Shown: piece after piece, positions 25,949 to 35,749 of the stretch
Numbering within the stretch: position 1 is the stretch's first letter
Layout: each line of letters starts with the position of its first letter
Assembly: GCA_041946965.1 (NCBI GenBank)
Contig: JBHGBM010000017.1
Location: forward strand, 8,534 to 72,533
Direction: 5' to 3'
Length of the DNA: 64,000 nt
From: Bryobacteraceae bacterium
Lineage (GTDB): Bacteria > Acidobacteriota > Terriglobia > Bryobacterales > Bryobacteraceae
Notes under the pieces: model-generated
Told to the model about the DNA's origin: nothing
Databases searched by the model: none
The model's input: the letters and a program-made list of their open reading frames with translations, nothing else
Made by a program: the position numbers and the translations under genes

Positions 25949-27219
25949 ACCTTCTCGAAGGCCTTCACGTACTGCTCGATCAGCTCGGGAGCGTCCACAC
26001 GGAACACCGGCAGCCGCACCGACTGCCGGTTCACCTGCGTGGTGCCCGCCAGGTCATTCGGGATCACGGGCGGATGGTGCCACCACTTGGCCTCCGAGTA
26101 CAGCGCGTACTTGTGCTGCTCGTCGTAGGCGCCCGGCCCGGCGGCGACGCCTTCGGCGCGCAGCGCTTTCACCAGCGTCTCCTTCGGGCAGCCGGCCTTG
26201 GCTTCGTCGATGAACACCATGTGGCTCCCCCAGTAGACGCGTTTGGCGTCCGGCCGGCAGTACGGCACGGAGAGGCCCGGCAACTCCACCAGCCGGGCGG
26301 TCAGCCGCCGCACCTGGCGGTCCTCGAGCGCCGTCTGCTCATCCATGCGGCGAAGCTGCCTTCGCGCCAGCGCCGCCGCCAGCGAATGAATGCGGAACTT
26401 CGGCCCCATGCCGGTGCCCTGGTACTTGCGATACGGGCTGTCGGCGGGGAAGCCGCCCGCGAGTTCATAGGCCCCGAACACCGTGGCGCGCTCGTAGTAT
26501 TCGCGCGTCTGGTACGTGCCGCTGCCTCCCTCGATGGCGGGGAGGATCTTCGACGACTGGTGGCTGAATATCCCCATGGCGCCCCACGTGCCCATGGGCC
26601 TGCCCTGGAGCGACGCCCCCTGCGCCTGTGCCGCGTCCTCCAGCACGATGAGGCCGTGCTTCCCGGCGAAGTCGCAGATCTGGTCCATGTCGCAGGGGTT
26701 GCCGAACGAGTGCATGGGGATCACTGCCCGCGTGAGTTTCGTCAGCCGCTTGGCGGCGTACTCCAGGTCGAAACACATGGTGCGCGGGTTGATGTCGATG
26801 AACACCGGCACGTACTGGAACAGGTGCATCGGCGCGGTCGTCGCCCAGGCCGTGTAGGAGGGCGCCATGATCTCGCTGCCCGGCGGAAGATTGAGCGCGA
26901 AGAACAGCGACATGAGCGAGGAGGTGCCGCTCGAATGCGCCTTCACGTAGGGAACCTTGAGGTACTCTTTCAGCTCTTTCTCAAAGGCGGGAATCTCGCC
27001 ATACCACCGGCCGTTTTCGAGCAGATCGAGTATCGCCTGCTTCTCTTCCTCGCCGTAGCGCGGCCACTTGGTGATCTTGGCGATTTCGGCCGCGGGCAGG
27101 GTCACCGCTTTCGGCCCGCCCTCGAGGGCCAGTGCTTCCTGCGCCCCCCGCGCCAACGCCGCCGCCGTGCCGCTTCCGACGAACAGCCGCCGGGTGCTGC
27201 CCCTTCCGTTGTTCGGCAT
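25915..27219 (-). CDS. DegT/DnrJ/EryC1/StrS-family PLP aminotransferase with Tat-like signal
   Basis: STRRLFVGSGTAAALA is the N-terminal signal. HSSGTSSLMSLFFAL...VIPMHSFGNPCDMD...EDAAQAQG...FSHQSSKILP carries the PLP lysine context. Confidence 0.75.
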   Translation of the reverse strand: MPNNGRGSTRRLFVGSGTAAALARGAQEALALEGGPKAVTLPAAEIAKITKWPRYGEEEKQAILDLLENGRWYGEIPAFEKELKEYLKVPYVKAHSSGTSSLMSLFFALNLPPGSEIMAPSYTAWATTAPMHLFQYVPVFIDINPRTMCFDLEYAAKRLTKLTRAVIPMHSFGNPCDMDQICDFAGKHGLIVLEDAAQAQGASLQGRPMGTWGAMGIFSHQSSKILPAIEGGSGTYQTREYYERATVFGAYELAGGFPADSPYRKYQGTGMGPKFRIHSLAAALARRQLRRMDEQTALEDRQVRRLTARLVELPGLSVPYCRPDAKRVYWGSHMVFIDEAKAGCPKETLVKALRAEGVAAGPGAYDEQHKYALYSEAKWWHHPPVIPNDLAGTTQVNRQSVRLPVFRVDAPELIEQYVKAFEKVWAKRSQLAKA

Positions 27220-27310
27220 AACGTACTCCTGTCTCGGAAGAAGGCTATCAATTCAAAGCCGAAAAGACAATGGCGCGGCGCGCGGGTAGAATCGTAGGCT
27301 CCGTTGGAAG

Positions 27311-27502
27311 CGCCTGGACGGCTTCGCTTCGGCTCACGCCGGATACACGGGCGGCGAGTTTGTCACCAGGCCCCTGGTCTTCAGCGGGTCCGAACTCGAA
27401 TTGAACTACTCCACCTCGGCCGCGGGCGGCATCCGGATCGAGGTCCGGGACGCCTCGGGACAGCCTCTCCCCGGCTTTGCGCTGGCCGACGCGCCCGAAT
27501 TG
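27311..27502 (+). pseudogene. Remnant of the C-terminal jelly-roll domain of a larger secreted (glycoside-hydrolase-associated) protein
   Basis: The frame containing track ORF 27401..27613 reads RLDGFASAHAGYTGGEFVTRPLVFSGSELELNYSTSAAGGIRIEVRDASGQPLPGFALADAPEL. It is preceded by an in-frame TAG at 27287-27289 and has no N-terminal body. The sequence pattern is typical of C-terminal domains of exported Planctomycete/Acidobacteria enzymes. Confidence 0.4.
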
Positions 27503-27548
27503 CTTCACGTGAAAGTCCTGACGCTGCGGCCGGGAGTAAAATGGTCCC

Positions 27549-28811
27549 GTGGAAAGCACAGCGGATCGTATGGAGTCGGCCCGCGCCGAGCTGCACCGCG
27601 TGCTCCAGAGTGAAGCGTTCCGCAACTCCGAGAGCCTCCGGCATCTACTCTCGTATCTCGGCGAAAAGTCCCTGGGCGAGCATGTCGAAGAGCTGAAGGA
27701 GTACACCATCGGCGTCGAGGGCTGCGGTAAGCCGCCCAGTTACGATCCGCAGAAAGACGCGTCGGTTCGGGTGCAGATGGGCCGCCTCCGGCAGAAACTC
27801 GACGAATATTACCGCGGGGAAGGCGCGGCGGACCCGGTCGTGCTCGATCTGCCTAAAGGCCGGTTCGTAATCCTGTATCACGCACGGGCTGCCGCGGCGG
27901 GCGCGCCCCGGCCGCGCCGTCCATGGCGGCCAGCCTCCATCTTGCCTGCCACGGCGTTGCTGTGCGTGCTGCTGATCGCCGCCGTAGCCTGGGCGGTCTG
28001 GCTGATGCGCAGGCTTCAACAGTACGAAGCCGAGTTGGCGGTCGCCAGCCAGGCGCATACCATGTCGGAAGCGTCCCCGTTGTGGGGGCCGTTTCTGTCA
28101 CATAAGGTACCTACCGTTGTGGTCTTCGGCAGCCCGCCGTTCTTCGCCAGCGGCAAGCACGGGCTGTTCGTCCGCTTTTTCAACCTAAGGGATCCCGACG
28201 ATGCACGCTCGAGCCCGGATTTCGCGGCTGTGGATGCCAGGGTGGGACCGCTGCTCGGACCGCGCTACGATTACGCCTCGATGGGAGATGCCGTCGCCGT
28301 TCAGCGGCTGACATCTTTCTTTGGCTCGGCGGGTTTCGCGCTCAAGGCGCTGCCCGCGCACCTGGCCGCCTGGAACTCGATCAAAGACGGCAACCTGATC
28401 TTCGTGGGTGCGTGGCGGATGCACCCGCAACTGCGCCGGCTTCCGGTGACGCAGGATTTCGAACTGGGCGCCGACGAGCAGATCCACAACCGGCGCCCTC
28501 AGCCCGGCGAGCAGCAGGTCTACACCACCCCGTCGCATCGCAACAGCATGACGTACGCCGTGGTGGGCGCCTTCCCGGGGCTGAATCCGGGCCGCGAGGT
28601 TCTGGTACTGACGGCTCACAGTTCGCCGGGAGCCATCGCGGCCGCCGAGTTCATCACCACGCCGGAGACGCTCCGGATTGCCCAAAGCCGCATGGGACTC
28701 TCCCACTCCGGACCGCGCAAACACTTTCAGATGTTGCTGCGCATCTATGTCGATAACGACGTCCCGGTCAAGACCGAATACGTGACCCACCACCTCAACA
28801 GCTCCCAGTAA
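27549..28811 (+). CDS. Membrane-anchored protein with N-terminal helical regulator-associated domain; function unknown
   Basis: LQSEAFRNSESLRHLLSYLGEKSL...LKEYTIGVEGCGKPPSYDPQKDASVRVQMGRLRQKLDEYY...LPKGRFV is a domain commonly fused to signalling proteins. It is followed by a TM helix (ATALLCVLLIAAVAWAVWLM) and a periplasmic domain of about 270 aa. Confidence 0.6.
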   Translation: MESTADRMESARAELHRVLQSEAFRNSESLRHLLSYLGEKSLGEHVEELKEYTIGVEGCGKPPSYDPQKDASVRVQMGRLRQKLDEYYRGEGAADPVVLDLPKGRFVILYHARAAAAGAPRPRRPWRPASILPATALLCVLLIAAVAWAVWLMRRLQQYEAELAVASQAHTMSEASPLWGPFLSHKVPTVVVFGSPPFFASGKHGLFVRFFNLRDPDDARSSPDFAAVDARVGPLLGPRYDYASMGDAVAVQRLTSFFGSAGFALKALPAHLAAWNSIKDGNLIFVGAWRMHPQLRRLPVTQDFELGADEQIHNRRPQPGEQQVYTTPSHRNSMTYAVVGAFPGLNPGREVLVLTAHSSPGAIAAAEFITTPETLRIAQSRMGLSHSGPRKHFQMLLRIYVDNDVPVKTEYVTHHLNSSQ

Positions 28812-28901
28812 GCTACCGTTACAAACCCTGGTAACGGGCGCGGGCACGGCGAACAGGCGTAGGATGGTTCTCACGGCGCTGTGTGGCGCCGGAGCCGAAC
28901 T

Positions 28902-30725
28902 ATGCGCAAAAGAATCCTGTTCACCTTCTGCCTTGGCGCCATGGCCTGTTGGGCGCAGACCCCCGACATCCCCGTCTCCATCCTGGCCGAGCCGGCGATG
29001 TTCGACGACGGCCAGGATGCGATGCACAGCCGCTTATTTCGAACGACAACGGCCCGAACCCAAGTCGATCTCGCCGGCTGGTGGGAGTTCGCCAGCGATC
29101 CCGGCGACGCGGGCGAGACGCGTGGTTACCCCGCCCGCTTTCCCCAGCCCGAAACCAGGCTCTGGGTGCCGGGGACGTGGAACTCGGTGGCGCGCTACTG
29201 GAACTACGTCGGGGTTGGGTGGTACCGGCGGCGGTTCGATCTTCCCGCCGGAGGCAACCTGCGCCTTCATTTCGGAAGCGTGTTCTATCGCGCCAAGGTG
29301 TGGCTGGACGGGCGCCTCCTCGGCGAACACGAGGGCGGGTACCTGCCCTTCTGGTTCACCGTCAGTGAAGCCGCCAAGGGCGCGCACACCATCGTGGTCC
29401 GGGCCGATAACCGGCTTGGCGCCGCTACCGTTCCGAAAAGCAACACGGATTGGTTTCCCTTCGGCGGCATCGACCGGCCGGTGTATGCCGAGATCGTGGC
29501 GCCGGTCTTCATCGAGCGGTTCCACGTGATCCCCTCGGCGATCACGGCGGCCAGGGCCGAGCTGGCGGTGAAGGTTTTCGTGCGCAACCTGGGCAGCGCG
29601 GAAGCGGCAAAGGATGTGGCGTTCAGTGTGGATGGCGCCGCGCTGTATTCGGCAAAACACCGCATCGCTCCGGGCGCCTCGGAACTGGAGTTCCGGGCAG
29701 CGCTGGACCAGCCGCGGATGTGGTCTCCGGCCGGCCCGAACCTCTATTCGGCCCGGCTGGCGCTCGGCACCGACGACCAGTTCACGCGGTTCGGCGTGCG
29801 GCAGATCCGGGTGGAGGGGGTAAACATCCTGCTCAACGGCGAGCGCATCAAGCTGCGCGGCGTCAATCGCCACGAGGATCACCCCGATTGGGGCTCGGCG
29901 TCGCCGCCGCACATGATCCGGCAGGATCTCGAGATCATCCGGCGCCTGGGCGCCAACGCGGTGCGCGCGCACTATCCGCTTCCGGAACTGTTCCTGGACT
30001 ATTGCGATCAGCACGGGCTGCTGTTCATGAGCGAAGTGCCCGCGTGGCAGCAATCGGCCGAGCAGCTTGCCAATGCCGAGGTTCAGCGGAAGATGCTCGG
30101 GAACTTCGAGGAGATGGTGGCGCGCGACATGAACCACCCCAGCATCCTGACCTGGAGCCTGGGCAACGAGTGGCCGCAGCCGGATCGCTCCTACGACGTG
30201 ATCCGAAGCCTGGCGGAGCGGGCACGCCCCGCCGACCGCACGCGCCTGTTTACCTTCGTGACCGGCGGCGGACGCGCCTTGCGGGTGCACGAGCTGGTAG
30301 ACGTCATCAGCGTCAATTGGGCGCGCTACCAGTGGTACGATCCCTTCACCGTACTGGACCGGGCCGAGGGCGAGAAGAGCATCGCCGAGCTTGCTCTGCT
30401 GCACGAGCGCTACCCCAACAAGCCCGTGATCATGACGGAGTTCGGCGGCGCCGAATCGCAGGCAGGCTGGCACAATTGGGGAAACGTGAAGTGGAGCGAG
30501 GAGTTTCAGGCGCGCAACGTGGAGGATTCCGGAAGATACGCGCTCGATCAGGAGTGGATTTCCGGCGGCTGCGTGTGGCAGTTCTGCGATACGCGCAGCG
30601 CGCCCGAACGGGTCCTCGCCGGCAGGTTGCACGGCTGGAACGGCAAGGGCGTGGTGGATGCTTACCGCAGTCCGAAGCTGGCGTTTTACCGCTTGCAGCA
30701 GGTATTCCGGCAGCCCGGGCGGTAA
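28902..30725 (+). CDS. Glycoside hydrolase family 2 (beta-galactosidase/beta-glucuronidase-like)
   Basis: ATG 28902 begins the signal peptide MRKRILFTFCLGAMACWAQ. VGWYRRRFDLP...HFGSVFYRAKVWLDGRLLGEHEGGYLPF...NGERIKLRGVNRHEDHP...WSLGNE are hallmark GH2 motifs. Confidence 0.85.
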   Translation: MRKRILFTFCLGAMACWAQTPDIPVSILAEPAMFDDGQDAMHSRLFRTTTARTQVDLAGWWEFASDPGDAGETRGYPARFPQPETRLWVPGTWNSVARYWNYVGVGWYRRRFDLPAGGNLRLHFGSVFYRAKVWLDGRLLGEHEGGYLPFWFTVSEAAKGAHTIVVRADNRLGAATVPKSNTDWFPFGGIDRPVYAEIVAPVFIERFHVIPSAITAARAELAVKVFVRNLGSAEAAKDVAFSVDGAALYSAKHRIAPGASELEFRAALDQPRMWSPAGPNLYSARLALGTDDQFTRFGVRQIRVEGVNILLNGERIKLRGVNRHEDHPDWGSASPPHMIRQDLEIIRRLGANAVRAHYPLPELFLDYCDQHGLLFMSEVPAWQQSAEQLANAEVQRKMLGNFEEMVARDMNHPSILTWSLGNEWPQPDRSYDVIRSLAERARPADRTRLFTFVTGGGRALRVHELVDVISVNWARYQWYDPFTVLDRAEGEKSIAELALLHERYPNKPVIMTEFGGAESQAGWHNWGNVKWSEEFQARNVEDSGRYALDQEWISGGCVWQFCDTRSAPERVLAGRLHGWNGKGVVDAYRSPKLAFYRLQQVFRQPGR

Positions 30726-30733
30726 CCGGGTGT

Positions 30734-33700
30734 TTAAAACATGAGCCGCAGGCGCGCCGCCAGAAAGCGTCCGGCGGTGCCCGCGTCCTGCGCGGCCTGC
30801 GAGCCCATCTCGCCGAACCGCCGCGTGGCCTGAATCTGCGCCACGGTGCTGGGCGCCGAGATGTTCGCCTGCGGCGGATTGAAATTCGGGTGGTTGAGAA
30901 CGTTCAGCATGCTTAGCTGAAAGTCGAGATGAGTATGTTCATTCACCCGCACTAGCCGCTTGGTGAAGTTGAGATGCTGGGTGTTGAGTCCCGGCCCCTC
31001 AATCGTATTCACGCCGCAGTTCCCGAAGCGCCCGATATTGGCCGGCGGCATCACGAACGCATCGGGATTGAACCAGCGGTTGATGCGGCGCTCCGAGGGC
31101 GGAAGGTTGGGATTCGCGATGCAATCCGGACGCAGGCCGCTCGTGGTGCCGATGCCGGCGAGGTCGCGCCCGCTCATGGTCGCGTTTACGTAGCGCCCGG
31201 TCTCCATGAAGAACATGGAGGATACGGTCCACCCTCCGGCGATCTGATTCAGCACTGCCGGCAGCCTGTGACGCCGGCCGGCGCCGAACGGGAGTTCCCA
31301 GATCACGGAGCCGTTGACCCTATGGCGGACGGCATACGGTTCGCGGCCGCGATCGCGGCGGCGGTCGAAGGGGTTCTCGAGAGTGGGGCCGAGATCCGAG
31401 CGCGCGTCGCCCACGTCCGAGATGAGGTTGCTCCAGGTCCAGGCCGCCTGGAAGTACAGCGCGCGTCCGAACCGCCGTTCCACCTCCGTCTGTAGCGCGT
31501 GGTAGATCGAGTTGCCGCCGTTCTCGGAGAACAGCAGGACCCCGTATTGCCGGTACGGCCGCCGGCTGCTGCTGAACGGCGTCGTACTCGGCAGCGGGAC
31601 GTTCACCTCCTTGGTGTAAACCAGGCTGGTTCCCTTGGTGCCGATGTAGGAGAGCCGCACTCCGACGTCGCCGAATTCGCGCTCGAGGGTCAGGTTCCAC
31701 TGCTGCGAGTAGGGATTGCGCAGGGCGACGTTGAAGCCGTTTGCCGTGATGGTGCCGCTGCTCCCCGATTCTCCGAACGGATTGGGAAACACGTACTGCG
31801 GCGCCCGCCTGTTGGTGTTCTGGAAGATCTCGCTGTAAGCGTACAGCGGGCCGGCGCTCGGGCCGGCGACCGAAAACCCGAAATCGTCGATGAACATGCC
31901 GTAGCCGGCGCGGATCACTGTCTTAGGGAGCGGCCGTATGGCCAGGCCAATGCGGGGCACGACGTTGTTCTTGTCAACGGCGCGCAGCGACTGCGGGTAT
32001 CCCGCTTCGCTCGCCTTCACGATGCTGATGCCCGGAAGCCGCGGGTTGATCTTGCCCGAGTTGAGCGCGGGGTCCGGCACCACCAGCGCCATGGTGCGGG
32101 GGTCGAGGTTGTACATCAGGCCTTCGCTGTCGGTCACCGGAGACTGGTACTCGTACCGGGCGCCCAGGGTGAGGGTGATCTTTGAACTGGCCCGCCACGC
32201 ATCCTCGAAGAAGTAATACCAGCTCTTCCCGCCGATGTCCTGATATTCGCGATAGGTGGCGCGGGTCGCGCGCTCGGGCAGGCCGAGGAGGAAATCGGCG
32301 TAGGAATTCCCGCTGAAGAACCCGTTGAAGGCGAAAGTTCCAAAAGTGCTCGATGACATATTCACACCCTCGGTGCCGTTGTGGACGAGATCGACGCCCC
32401 CTTTGAAGGTGTGCCTTCCGCGGATCCAGGTCAGGTTGTCCGCCAGGGTCCAGGAGTGGTAGCGGTCCACGGTGTGGTTGGTGGACTGTGCGGCGGTCAC
32501 CTGCCCGCCGCCGCTGAAGGTGAACGCCGGCATGCCGCGATAATCGCCCGGCGGCGTGAGACCCTGGATGCCGGTGTACCGCAGCACCTCGATGCCGCTG
32601 AGCGCGGCGAGTACCTGGTTGGGGCTGCTCTGTCTTCCGAACCGGAATTCGTTGATCAGCGAGGTTCCGAACGAATGCGTGTCGGAAAGCACGAACGTAG
32701 GGCCGCGGCGGTAGCCGTTGCGCACAGGGATAGTGGGCAGGTTTTCATTCGGCTCCTGAACCGCACCGCGCCAGGAATAGCGCGCGTACAGCATGTTCTG
32801 GTTGGAGAGTTTCTGGTCCAGGCGCGCCTCCCAACGGTTGGCGATGTTTCTCCCCAGCATCTGGGTACGGTGGTTGTTGGTGGTGAGCACGCCGGGGTCC
32901 CCGGAGTTCGGCAGCGGATAGAAGCGCTCCTGCACGCGTAGCGAAACGGGGCTGAAGCGGCTTGCCGGAATCGCGTTGCCGGGGAAGGGGATCCCCGTGG
33001 CGGGGTCGGTGATCGCGGCAAATGCGGAAAAATCGCCCTGGCGCATGGCGGGCGTCGGCACGGTGGCGTTCAGCGGGGTGGCGCCCGGAACGCGCTGGCC
33101 GAACAGAGAAATCATGAAGAACGTCCGGTCCCGGCCGTTATAGAGCTTGGGAATGAAAACGGGGCCGCCGACGACGGCGTTCGCCGTGTGGGTTTTCGAG
33201 CTTGGCTTCTTTGCGGTGAAGAAGTCCCGGGCGTCCAGCGCCGAGTTATTGTGCTGGTAGTATGCCGATCCGCGCAGTTGGTTGGTGCCGCTCCTGGTAA
33301 CAATGGAAACCACTCCGGGAGCTTGAAATTCGGCGCTGTTATTGCTGCCGTGCACGCGCACTTCCGCCACCATCTCGGTAGTGTTATGGGTTCCGGTCAG
33401 CGGAGTGCTGCTGCGCGGGGCGGCAATGCCGTCGATCATCGTGTCGGTCTGGGCCGCGCGGGCGCCGTTGAAGGCGTAAGTATTGATGCTGACGCTCTGG
33501 GCGCCGGGCATGGTGAGCAGATAGGCGAAGGTGGACTCGTTGCTCAGGATGGGCAGGTCGCGGAGCTGGCGAGCGCTCCGTGTATCGGCGATCTGGGCCG
33601 TTTCGGTCTCAATGACGGGCGTGGAAGCGCTCACCTGCACTTCGACAGACGTGCTCCCGACCTCCAACTGAACGTCGATGCGCACCACGGCGCGGCTTTC

Positions 33701-33982
33701 CACCACAATGCCGTCGCGGACCGTGGCTTTGAACCCCTGATGCTCCGCACGAACCCGATAGGTTCCAGGCAGGAGGTGAGTAACCTCATAGCTGCCGTTG
33801 GCGCTGGTGTGCGCCGTCTTGACGATGTTCGTCTCCGTATTGGCGACCGAAACGGCGCCGCCGACCACAACCGCTCCGGTGGCGTCCGTGACCACGCCGA
33901 CGATGCTTCCGTACGTGGATTGCCCGAAGCCAATGGCTGAAGCGAGCAAAACGCAGAACAAGACCCTAACGATGCAAAACAT
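30734..33982 (-). CDS. TonB-dependent receptor with carboxypeptidase-regulatory-like N-terminal domain (1082 aa)
   Basis: A signal peptide is followed by GSIVGVVTDATGAVVVGGAVSVANTETN...NGSYEVTHLLPGTYRVRAEHQGFKA. The C-terminus ends ...RLRLMF. Confidence 0.85.
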   Translation of the reverse strand: MFCIVRVLFCVLLASAIGFGQSTYGSIVGVVTDATGAVVVGGAVSVANTETNIVKTAHTSANGSYEVTHLLPGTYRVRAEHQGFKATVRDGIVVESRAVVRIDVQLEVGSTSVEVQVSASTPVIETETAQIADTRSARQLRDLPILSNESTFAYLLTMPGAQSVSINTYAFNGARAAQTDTMIDGIAAPRSSTPLTGTHNTTEMVAEVRVHGSNNSAEFQAPGVVSIVTRSGTNQLRGSAYYQHNNSALDARDFFTAKKPSSKTHTANAVVGGPVFIPKLYNGRDRTFFMISLFGQRVPGATPLNATVPTPAMRQGDFSAFAAITDPATGIPFPGNAIPASRFSPVSLRVQERFYPLPNSGDPGVLTTNNHRTQMLGRNIANRWEARLDQKLSNQNMLYARYSWRGAVQEPNENLPTIPVRNGYRRGPTFVLSDTHSFGTSLINEFRFGRQSSPNQVLAALSGIEVLRYTGIQGLTPPGDYRGMPAFTFSGGGQVTAAQSTNHTVDRYHSWTLADNLTWIRGRHTFKGGVDLVHNGTEGVNMSSSTFGTFAFNGFFSGNSYADFLLGLPERATRATYREYQDIGGKSWYYFFEDAWRASSKITLTLGARYEYQSPVTDSEGLMYNLDPRTMALVVPDPALNSGKINPRLPGISIVKASEAGYPQSLRAVDKNNVVPRIGLAIRPLPKTVIRAGYGMFIDDFGFSVAGPSAGPLYAYSEIFQNTNRRAPQYVFPNPFGESGSSGTITANGFNVALRNPYSQQWNLTLEREFGDVGVRLSYIGTKGTSLVYTKEVNVPLPSTTPFSSSRRPYRQYGVLLFSENGGNSIYHALQTEVERRFGRALYFQAAWTWSNLISDVGDARSDLGPTLENPFDRRRDRGREPYAVRHRVNGSVIWELPFGAGRRHRLPAVLNQIAGGWTVSSMFFMETGRYVNATMSGRDLAGIGTTSGLRPDCIANPNLPPSERRINRWFNPDAFVMPPANIGRFGNCGVNTIEGPGLNTQHLNFTKRLVRVNEHTHLDFQLSMLNVLNHPNFNPPQANISAPSTVAQIQATRRFGEMGSQAAQDAGTAGRFLAARLRLMF

Positions 33983-34074
33983 GTTGCCAGACTCCTCGCT
34001 GCGCTATTGTGAACCGGAAGCGGCGGCGGGACCAGTAGCAAACGGTAACGTAACAGTAGCAGACTGGGAGGCGG

Positions 34075-35733
34075 TTACTCGAAGGGCGCGACCCGCTCGC
34101 CGCCGAAGGCCACCCAGGTAACAGCAGCCTGTCCTTCGGCATCGGCGAGCACGACGTCATAGACCACCCGCGGCGGGGTGGTGCGGCGGTATTCCCGCAC
34201 ACGGGTCCAGGGCTGGCGCGTGTCGCCGCGCACAGCGCTGCCGTAAACCACCAGCACGTTCCCCGTCTTGGGCAACGGGCTCACGTCGCCCATGGCGAAG
34301 GTGTTGACGGTTTCGGGCTGGCCTTTGACATCCGAGGCCCACACCAGCCTGGCGGTGTGCGCCTTGGGGTCGATGGCGTATTCGAGCGCACCGCTGATCA
34401 CTTCAGAATCGGCCACGGGCGGGTTGAACGGGCGCGTCTTCATGATCCCGTTGTTGAAGACCATGAGGGTGCCGCGCGGCGTAAGGCGCGGCGCGTGATG
34501 ATGCCACGGCCATTCGCTGACGCCCGCCGGGTTGAACAGCAGCGGCCGGAACCGCTCCGGCCAGCCTCCCGGCTCGCCGAAGATCCAGGCGATGCGGCCG
34601 CTGGGGCGTTCGATCTTGAACACGGAACTCTGCTGGCGCGAGTTGAACAGGACGGAGTCATCGCGCTCATCGTGGAACACGCCGTTGCCGTGCGTCCAGT
34701 CCACCGTATCGGGGAAGCCGCGGATAACCCAGTACTGGTTGATGGTCAGGTAGCCCAGGCGAAAGACATCCAGGTGGTCGAAGGCGCTCCAGCGCCAGAC
34801 CACGCGGCCCGCGCGGTCGAACTCGACGATCTGGTCGCCCATCACCTTCTGGCGTTTGCGGGGGGCGCGGGGATCGGTCTCGCTGGTGTAATAGTTGTCG
34901 ATCTCGCGCAACTCTCCGCTCACCAGCAGAAAGTTCCCGTTGGGCAGTTCCTGGAAGCTGTGGTGCATGGTCAGGGCATCCACCGGGATGCCGGTGCAGG
35001 CGCCCTGCGGACGGCGGGCAGCGCACCACTCGCCCTTGATGTTGCCGAGCAGATCGGCCTCCACCAGCCGGTTGTCGTTGGTGATGAAAGCGATGTTGCC
35101 GTTGCGCAGGCGGTGTACGTCGGCGGTACGGTTGGGGCCACGGTAGTACCACACGACCTCGCCCTGTTCGTCGAGCGCGAGGATCAGGCCGTAGCCCGTG
35201 GCGAACGGGGCTTCGCCGGGAGGGCTGGCTGGGGCCTTCGCGGCGGCTTTGCCCGCGCCCTTCCTGACTGCCGTCCGGCCGGCGCCGCCCGCGCCGGCTG
35301 CCATGCCGCCGCGCCGCTGGCGCCGCACGCTTAGCAGCGTCCAGCCCGGCTCCATTTCTTGGGGAAGGGAAGCCTTCACCTGGATGGGCGGAAACTCCTC
35401 GCCCGCCGCGGGCAGCGCGGGCGCGGTGAACTCGAGCGCCTGCGGCGCGCGGGTCACGCGTCCCGCGGCGTCGCGGATCTGAACGCGCAGTTCGTGCTTC
35501 CGGCCCGCGCGGAAGCCGGCGATGGGCAGCCCGTCGGCCGGGTTGCGCGACCGGTCGAAGCGCACCTCCCATTTCCGCCGGCCGTCGGAAACCGTGACGA
35601 TGGTCTCCACCGGCGCGGCGGGAGTGAACCGCAGGATCGCGGCCAGGGGAGCCGCGGGGTTGGGATTGGGTTCGATCACGGGCGCCGACTTGAAACCGGC
35701 GGCGGCCAGCAGCAGAGCGAGCGGGATCATCAT
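34075..35733 (-). CDS. Arylsulfotransferase (ASST) family beta-propeller protein
   Basis: A signal peptide is present. ALDEQGEVVWYY...HHSFQELPNGNFLL...DWTHGNGVFHDERDDSVLFNSRQQSSVFKIERPSGRIAWIFG is typical of ASST. Confidence 0.7.
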   Translation of the reverse strand: MMIPLALLLAAAGFKSAPVIEPNPNPAAPLAAILRFTPAAPVETIVTVSDGRRKWEVRFDRSRNPADGLPIAGFRAGRKHELRVQIRDAAGRVTRAPQALEFTAPALPAAGEEFPPIQVKASLPQEMEPGWTLLSVRRQRRGGMAAGAGGAGRTAVRKGAGKAAAKAPASPPGEAPFATGYGLILALDEQGEVVWYYRGPNRTADVHRLRNGNIAFITNDNRLVEADLLGNIKGEWCAARRPQGACTGIPVDALTMHHSFQELPNGNFLLVSGELREIDNYYTSETDPRAPRKRQKVMGDQIVEFDRAGRVVWRWSAFDHLDVFRLGYLTINQYWVIRGFPDTVDWTHGNGVFHDERDDSVLFNSRQQSSVFKIERPSGRIAWIFGEPGGWPERFRPLLFNPAGVSEWPWHHHAPRLTPRGTLMVFNNGIMKTRPFNPPVADSEVISGALEYAIDPKAHTARLVWASDVKGQPETVNTFAMGDVSPLPKTGNVLVVYGSAVRGDTRQPWTRVREYRRTTPPRVVYDVVLADAEGQAAVTWVAFGGERVAPFE

Positions 35734-35749
35734 CGCGGGTTCCTTCCTG

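Noticed and set aside
27401-27613. Track ORF 27401..27613 as an intact 70-aa gene
   Set aside because: Its recognisable part is the tail of a much larger protein family, and it begins only at a TTG inside that domain. I treat it as a remnant (pseudogene feature 27311-27502) rather than a functional gene.
22070-30632. ORFs 22070..23236(+), 23626..24402(+), 25304..26128(+), 25846..27297(+) and 29034..30632(-)
   Set aside because: They are antisense to the sulfatase, isomerase-like, amidohydrolase, DegT and GH2 genes, which carry diagnostic motifs. These are typical GC-rich shadow frames.
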